DNA of 64,000 nucleotides from Centroscyllium fabricii (taxonomy: Eukaryota). This document shows, piece by piece, positions 57,865 to 64,000 of the stretch. How positions within the stretch are numbered: position 1 is the first letter of the stretch; each line of letters opens with the position of its first letter. Below the pieces are notes generated by a model that saw nothing but the letters and a program-made list of their open reading frames with translations, was not told where the DNA came from and did no database searches. The translations under genes were made by a program, and so were the position numbers. Location of the stretch: contig JBNRSN020000009.1 in the NCBI GenBank assembly GCA_051313645.2, forward strand, positions 36,084,001 to 36,148,000, in the 5' to 3' direction.

Positions 57865-60800
57865 TCAAAGATTAAGTCTATCAGGCTTTTTTACTTCACG
57901 TGTGGATCTTCTCAACACAGGTAAGTCTGATGTGTTTGTATGAGATTGTTCTGGTGGTGATTGACAAGATTCAGTTGCGGCATCATCATCGATTTTCTCT
58001 TGGAATGTTTCTTGTGTTTTCAGGAGGGAACGGCGGTTTCTCCTGAGAATTTGTCCTTCCTCAGTTCTAACAGTGTATGACCTTGGTCCCACTTCATCAA
58101 GAACTGTAGCGTTCCTATTCCATGCATTTGGATTTTCAACCCTGACAACATCATCCCTTGTCAATGGTTTCATAGCTTTTGATGACTTGCCATAGTATGA
58201 TTTCTGTTTCAGCTTTAACAGTTGATATCTCTGTCTCAGATCCTTGCTCTGCTTTTCTTTTGCATAGCAGGGTAGCATGGTGCATAACTTGCGATTCATT
58301 AGTAGTTCAGCAGGTGAAGAACCACATTCCAAAGGTGAGGCTCAGTAACTCAACAGAGCGAGATAAGGATCAGACTTGCTGTCTGTTGCTTTCTTCAGTA
58401 GCTGTTTGAGTATTTAAACACCTTTCTCTGCCTTACAATTCGACTGAGCATACAGAGAACTTGATGTGATATGCTGAAAGTCATAATGTGCTGCAAACTG
58501 TTGCCACTCCTTACAGTTGAAGCACGGACCATTGTCGCTAATGACAATCCTTGGAATCCCATGTCTGGCAAAGATGGATTTGACATGTATTATGACACTG
58601 CTTGCTGATGTGCTTGAGAGCAGCGCCATCTCAGGATAGTTGGAATAGTAGTCAATCACTATTAAATATTCTTTACCATTTAAATGAAACAGGTCCATAC
58701 CAACCTTTTGCCATGGTGCTGTTGGCAAGTCAGCTATTATCATTGGTTCCTTTGTTTGTTTGTTTTGGTGTTTCTGACATGTCTCACATTTGCCTATCAT
58801 GTTCTCAATGTTCTTATTTATGCCAGGCCAATAAACAGTGTCTCTTGCTCTCCTTATGCATTTTTCAATTCCGAGGTATCCCTCATGAATCCTTTTGAGC
58901 ATGTCTTGACGTTGAGCCTGTGGAATGACTATTCTGTTCTGTCTTAGTAATAGTCCATTTGTGACACTCAACTCTGACCTTATGTGATAGTATTTTGGGC
59001 AGGAACCTTTTGGCCAACCATGATGAATGTTCTCTATCACTGTTTGTAATATTGTGTCTTTTACTGTTTCTTCTGCTATTTGCTTTGATTTTGTGTCTGA
59101 CACAGGCAGTGCAGCAGTGACCATACTCACATGAACATCCACATCTTCTTCAGTAGAGCTCACATGACTCACTGTGGGTGCTCGGGATAGTGCATCTGCT
59201 AACACTATGTGTTTGCCTGGTGTGTAGATCAGTTCAAAGTCATATCTTTGCAGTTTCATCATGAGTCGTTGAATCCTTGGAGACATCTCATTCAAGATTT
59301 TCTTTATGATGGCAACCAGTGGGTGGTGGTCTGTCTCAACTGTGAAGGTAGGAAGTTCATATATGTAGCCATGGAACTTTTCTAGTCTAACTACCAAGGT
59401 TAGACATTCCTTTTCAATCTGGGCATATCGACACTCAGATTCAGTCATAGACCTGGAGGCACAGGCAACAGGCTTCCAGTTGTCACCCTCTGCTTGTAGC
59501 AAGACCTTTCCTAAGCCATCTTTTGATGCATCCATTGATACTTTGATTCTCTTTGTTGGGTCAAAGAAAGAGAGTACAGGTGTGGTTGTCAGCGCTGTTT
59601 TGAGGTTCATCCACTCTTGTTCATGTTTTTCTGTCCATGCAAACTCATTTGTCTTGTGTAGCAGGTCTCGCAGACAGGCTGTCTTGGTTGACAAGTTAGG
59701 AATGAACTTTCCAATGAAGTTTATCATCCCCATGATGTGTAGTACTCCTTTTTTGTCACTGGGTCAGGGCATGTTGAGTATGGCGTTTACTTTTTCCATA
59801 TCTGGTTCTATTCCTTTACCAGATAGATTATCTCCTAGGAAAGTGACTTCCTGGACGCCAAACTGACACTTGGCTTTGTTGAGCTTCAGTCCATTCCGGC
59901 ATATGCTCTGTAGCACTTTAGTCAGTCTCTCATTGTGTTCTTTCAGTGTGGAGCCCCAGATGATGATGTCATCAACATAGACCCGAACTCCTTCCAAACC
60001 TTCAATTATGTGTTCCATTGCTCTATGGAAGATTTCAGATGCAGATATTACCCCGAAAGGCATTCTTAGGAAACAATACCTGCCGAATTGTGTGTTGAAG
60101 GTACAGTATTTGGTGCTCTCTTCATCTAGTTTTAGTTGCCAAAATCCTTGTGAGACATCGAGCTTTGTGAAGTATCTTGCACCTGACATTTCACTGGTGA
60201 TTTCTTCTTGCTTGGGAATCTGGTAGTGTTCACATTTTATGTTTGCATTTAAGTCCTTTGGATCCATGCAAATTCTTAGATCATTGTTCTTTTTCTTTAC
60301 ATATACCATGGAGTGGACCCAATCTGTTGGCTCTTCGACTTTCCTGATGACTCCTAGTGTGGTCATTCTGTCCAGTTCTTTCTTGAGCCGGTCACGCAGG
60401 GGCGCTGGAACTCTCTGTGGAGCATGTACCACTGGTTGAGCATCCTCTATTAGCTGGATCTTGTATGTAAATGGTAGAACTCCAAATCCTTTGAACACAT
60501 CCTGGAAATTACTCACTACAGAATCCACTGAGTCATCTGGTCTGCTTATGGCACAGTTTATACGGTAGACTCTCTTGACCAGTTCTAAGTCCTCACAAGC
60601 TTTGTCACCTAATAGTGAATCAAGTCCTTCAGCCACAACAGAAAACATGAGATGATGCACTTTGTCTTTGACTGTGACTTTAAGTCTGCATACACCTAAG
60701 CTATCTATTTTCTGTCCAGTATAATTCTTCAGCAGTACTGACTTTTTCAGTATTTTGGCCTTTTCCTTCATATTTTTGATGTCACTCATACTGATTAAGT

Positions 60801-61728
60801 TTGCTTTTGCCCCAGTATCTAGTTTCAATGTAACTAATGCTCCATTTACCTGCAGTGGGATCATCCATTTGTCCTCTTTTACTGCATTTATTTTATGTTC
60901 AGCATTGTCCATTTCTGAGGGCTGCACATTTTCAGTATTCTTTTCTGTATTGTCACATGACTCCATTCTTACAAAAAATGTCTCACTTAAATCAGTGTCC
61001 TCACTCACATTGACTTGTTGCCCTTTCTTTGTTTTTACTTTTGAGAAGCATTGTTTGGCAAAGTGATTCTTTCCATTACATTTTGTGCACATTTCCCCAA
61101 ATGCTGAACATTTTCTTGGCTCATGCTTATAACCACATCTTTTACAATTAAAAGTTCCATCTTCCATTTGCTTTGCATTCCAGTTCTGTATTTTTTTCTT
61201 CTCTTTGTAGGACACTGCACTGATAGCACTGTCATTCACTAACGTTGAACCATTATTTATTCCACTGAAAGTGATTGTGTGTTGTTGAGCTAGCTCACTG
61301 GCTTGGCATATTTTCAACGCATTTTCCAATGTTAGTTCGGTTTCTCGCAACAGACGATCCCTGACCTTTGTATCTCCAATACCAAACACAATCTGGTCAC
61401 GAATCATTGATGATTTCAGCTCAGAGAAATTACAAGTCTGTGCTTTCAGTTTCAGATCGGTCACAAAGCTATCAAAAGTCTCATTTTGCTTCTGAGTCCT
61501 TGAACGGAACACATACCTCTCATAGGTCACGTTCTTTTTGGGAGAACAATGTGCATCAAATGTCTTCAGCACCTCATCTATTTTGCCTTTGTCCTCCTCT
61601 TGAGTAAATGTAAACATATTAAATAGCTCTATTGCCTGCGGGCCTGCAATCGTCAGCAGCAATGCTATTTTTCATGCACCTGGCTTCGTGTCTAATCCTA
61701 TGGCTGCAATGTATATCAGAGATTCCAT
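57865..61728 (-). pseudogene. gag-pol: gag-pol polyprotein with stops
   Basis: YERYVFRSRTQ, MIRDQIVFG, two zinc knuckles (CKRC..HEPRKC, CTKC..KNHFAKQC), KLDTGA, YVDD, DASKDG, ADALSR, IDYYS, SDNGP. Stops at ~61674, 59764, 58414 and others. Confidence 0.93.
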
Positions 61729-61935
61729 GTCGCATTTCACAATTTTTTTTTAGCAGGTCTCACTACTTTTAAAAAAAATATTCACTGGATTTCACTTCTG
61801 ATCCACCTCCTGGTACCATATCATGTTCGTATTAATGTTTAGGCATATAGATTATGAACAGCTAGCTTCAAACTAGTCAATTGATTTACAGATGATACAG
61901 AACTCACAATTCACATTGTTGTAGACCGGCATCCA

Positions 61936-62672
61936 CCAGATGGGGTGCAAGTCCCAAGACACTACGTGCCACAGCCCTTGCCCTCAGCTTCTCTACTGCA
62001 GAATATGCCAGCCCAGCGTGGGAAAGATCCACCCATGCTAAAAAACTGGACCCCGCTCTTAACGAGAGCTGCAGATGTATCACTGGGTGCCTGAAGCCCA
62101 CTAACACCAACGACCTGTACATCCTGGCAGGTATCGCCCCTCCAGACATCAGAAGAGCGGTAGCCAGCAGGACAGAGCGGCGCAGGCAAACCACAGATGA
62201 GAGGCACCCCCTACATGGCCATGTACCTGCCCCCAGCCGACTAAAATCACGGAGAAGCTTCCTGACCAGCACTGCTCCACTGGAGACAACACCATCTGAA
62301 GCCCGCCTTAAAATGTGGAAGGAAAAGCTGTCCAAACACCCACACAGCTCGACTATGCTCATCCCCCCTGCCGAAACCCTCCCACCAGGAGATAACAACT
62401 GGGCAAAATGGAAGTGCTTGAACCGACTCCGCTCAGGTGTTGGCCGTTCCAGGGAAGCCCTAAGCAGGTGGGGTTATCTTAGTGGCCCAACCACATGCGA
62501 CTGTGGCACAGAACCCCAGACCATGGAGCACCTCCTTCGATGTCCTCTGTTAGGTGGACCCTGCACAGCAAAGGACCTAGCACTCTACAACATCAAGGGA
62601 CAGCAATGTACCAAGCACTGGTTGGACGTTATATAAGCTGAATAGCTTTGTATATGGACACGAAGAAGAAGA
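61936..62672 (+). mobile_element. Young 5'-truncated Vingi/Ingi-like LINE inserted in the Gypsy 5' LTR
   Basis: Open frame 61941-62636: WGASPKTLRATALAL..AEYASPAW..LAGIAPPDIRR..RLKSR..LNRLRSGVGR..CDCG..QTMEHLLRCP. It has a (GAA)n tail and TSD ATCCA, and the other LTR shows the empty site. Confidence 0.88.
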
Positions 62673-62935
62673 ATCCATGTTTTAACAACAAGTCCAGTGC
62701 CTTAAACAAGAGAAGCACTCTATAGCTTTAGTTCACTATTTACATGCAACTCAATCTAGTGGACAATTCTAGAATAACATGTTTTTTATATATCACTGCA
62801 GGCAGCAGAAGGCACGGCCACCGATGGTGGGGCAATTAAAACCAGGGATGCGCAAGTTGCCAGAATTGGGAGACTGCATAGATCTCAAAGGCTTTTAGGG
62901 ATGGAGGAGGTTACAGAACTAGGGTGGGGCGAGGT

Positions 62936-64000
62936 TGTGGTAATACAGAACAGCTTCTATCTGCTTACATCACTTCCGGGGACCTATGAACTTTTGTATG
63001 ATGTCACTTCCTGTAACTAGCCCAGTATAAATACTGGGCTACTCACTATGATTTAGTAAGAGGCATAGTGAAGACCTCTTTTGTATGTAGCACCTTTATA
63101 AGTTGATTAAAGCTTACCTTAAGTTCCTATCGTGTAAGTTTCATTCTTACAACAATTTAATCAACTTTGCAAAACCTCTCACTCAACTCGAACTTTTGGA
63201 CAAAACTCGGAGCTGAGGATCCAGGGAAGCCACCAGCATGGAGAACCTCCTTAGACCGACTCGTCTCGATTTGGACCCAAACACCTCAGCAGCTGATAAA
63301 GTCTGGAAACACTGGTATCACGCTTTTGAAAATTTTCTTGTATATTGTGAAGCTGATGATGACATGAAGCTCAAGTTACTAATCAACTATGTCACCCCAA
63401 GGGTATATGAATGTGTGGATCATTGGACTAATTTTGATGAGGCAATTCGGACACTTCAGAGACTATATACTAAGACACCTAATGAGATCTATGCTAGACA
63501 TCTACTAGCTACAGCCCGACAAGGGCCAGAGGTATCAATTGATAAATTCCTTCATGAGCTTCGCAGGCTTAGCATGAATTGTAACTTTCAGGCGGCTTCA
63601 GCTGAGCTGTACTGTGAAGAGATGATTCGTGATGCCTTCATCTGCGGGCTTGCCTCCCCATTTATTCGCCAGCGTCTACTCGAAAGTAAGACACTGGAAC
63701 TACAAAAAGCTTATGACTTGGCTTGTTCTCTGGATTTGGCAAAAAGAAATGCAGACCTTTATGAAGTACCTAGACCTCGAACTGCTGCTTTAACCACAAC
63801 CAGACAATTTAAGCGGCCACAGGTGAACTCTATTAGGGAGGACTTTTATTCTGATGATCAATCTGAGGACTTCACTGATGAAGAAGATAATGACCCCACT
63901 CTGGCAGCCTCTTGGCGATCTAAGAAATGCTTTTTTTGTGGTGATGAGTTTCATCCTAGGAAATTCTGCCCTGCTCGCAATGCGATTTGCAGTCATTGTG
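62936..64000 (+). mobile_element. 5' end of a Ty3/Gypsy element (LTR 62936-63154, TGTGGTAA start), running off the window
   Basis: TG...CA LTR with TATAAATA (~63027) and ATTAAA (63106), followed by an open gag. Confidence 0.88.
63238..64000 (+). CDS. gag: Gag, open to the window end (absent from the ORF track because there is no stop)
   Basis: MENLLRPTRLDLDP..WKHWYHAFENFL..NEIYARHLLATARQ..MIRDAFICGL..IRQRLLE..CFFCGDEFHPRKFCPARNAICSHC zinc knuckles. Confidence 0.9.
   Translation, partial: MENLLRPTRLDLDPNTSAADKVWKHWYHAFENFLVYCEADDDMKLKLLINYVTPRVYECVDHWTNFDEAIRTLQRLYTKTPNEIYARHLLATARQGPEVSIDKFLHELRRLSMNCNFQAASAELYCEEMIRDAFICGLASPFIRQRLLESKTLELQKAYDLACSLDLAKRNADLYEVPRPRTAALTTTRQFKRPQVNSIREDFYSDDQSEDFTDEEDNDPTLAASWRSKKCFFCGDEFHPRKFCPARNAICSHC

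Larger units (their letters stand above)
57487..62800 (-). mobile_element. Full-length Ty3/Gypsy LTR retrotransposon (Mag/K02A2.6-like), decayed
   Basis: LTRs 57487-57725 and 61819-62800 (the latter split by a LINE). TSD GGCAG, PBS TGGTACCAGGAG (tRNA-Leu TAA-like) at 61807-61818, and PPT aaaggaaggggga. Confidence 0.95.
57453..62935 (-). mobile_element. Old L2-like LINE fragment hosting the Gypsy at 57487-62800 and the LTR at 62936
   Basis: The flanks join as gggagggaattcaagagtttggggcctaggcag|cagaaggcacggccaccgatggtg...ggaggaggttacaga, a recognisable shark LINE segment. Clade assignment is from memory. Confidence 0.55.

Noticed and set aside
61904-62398. 164-aa minus-strand ORF
   Set aside because: Antisense shadow of the Vingi-like frame on the + strand.

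Overview
Vertebrate nuclear DNA, most likely a shark or ray, inferred from HE1-type SINEs and HER1/CR1-type LINE tails. No host gene is confidently supported. Bases 1-32975 are one tandem array of a 20-bp unit (consensus CTCGGTGAGTGAYGTCAGTG, about 1,640 units, open at the left edge). It has kb-scale higher-order duplications (~7.3 kb and 4269 bp) and a single 150-bp LINE 3'-end insertion. Bases 33.4-64 kb are densely nested transposons: CR1, L2-like, RTE-X-like and Vingi/Ingi-like LINEs; HE1, Deu-type and 5S-containing SINEs; two near-complete Ty3/Gypsy proviruses; a gag-only LTR element with a tRNA-Arg PBS; six LTRs of a TGTGGTAA-starting Gypsy family; a PIF/Harbinger transposon with transposase and Myb/SANT genes; and three MITEs. 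The most interesting signals are (i) a Gypsy element with no tRNA PBS but a perfect 12-bp fold-back to its own LTR (candidate self-priming), (ii) a young LINE whose (AAGTGA)n tail matches its GTGA targets, including the satellite, (iii) the CRE- and splice-donor-saturated satellite, and (iv) a chimeric 5S-containing SINE. All calls and coordinates were made by eye with no database searches, so family names are recognition-based.
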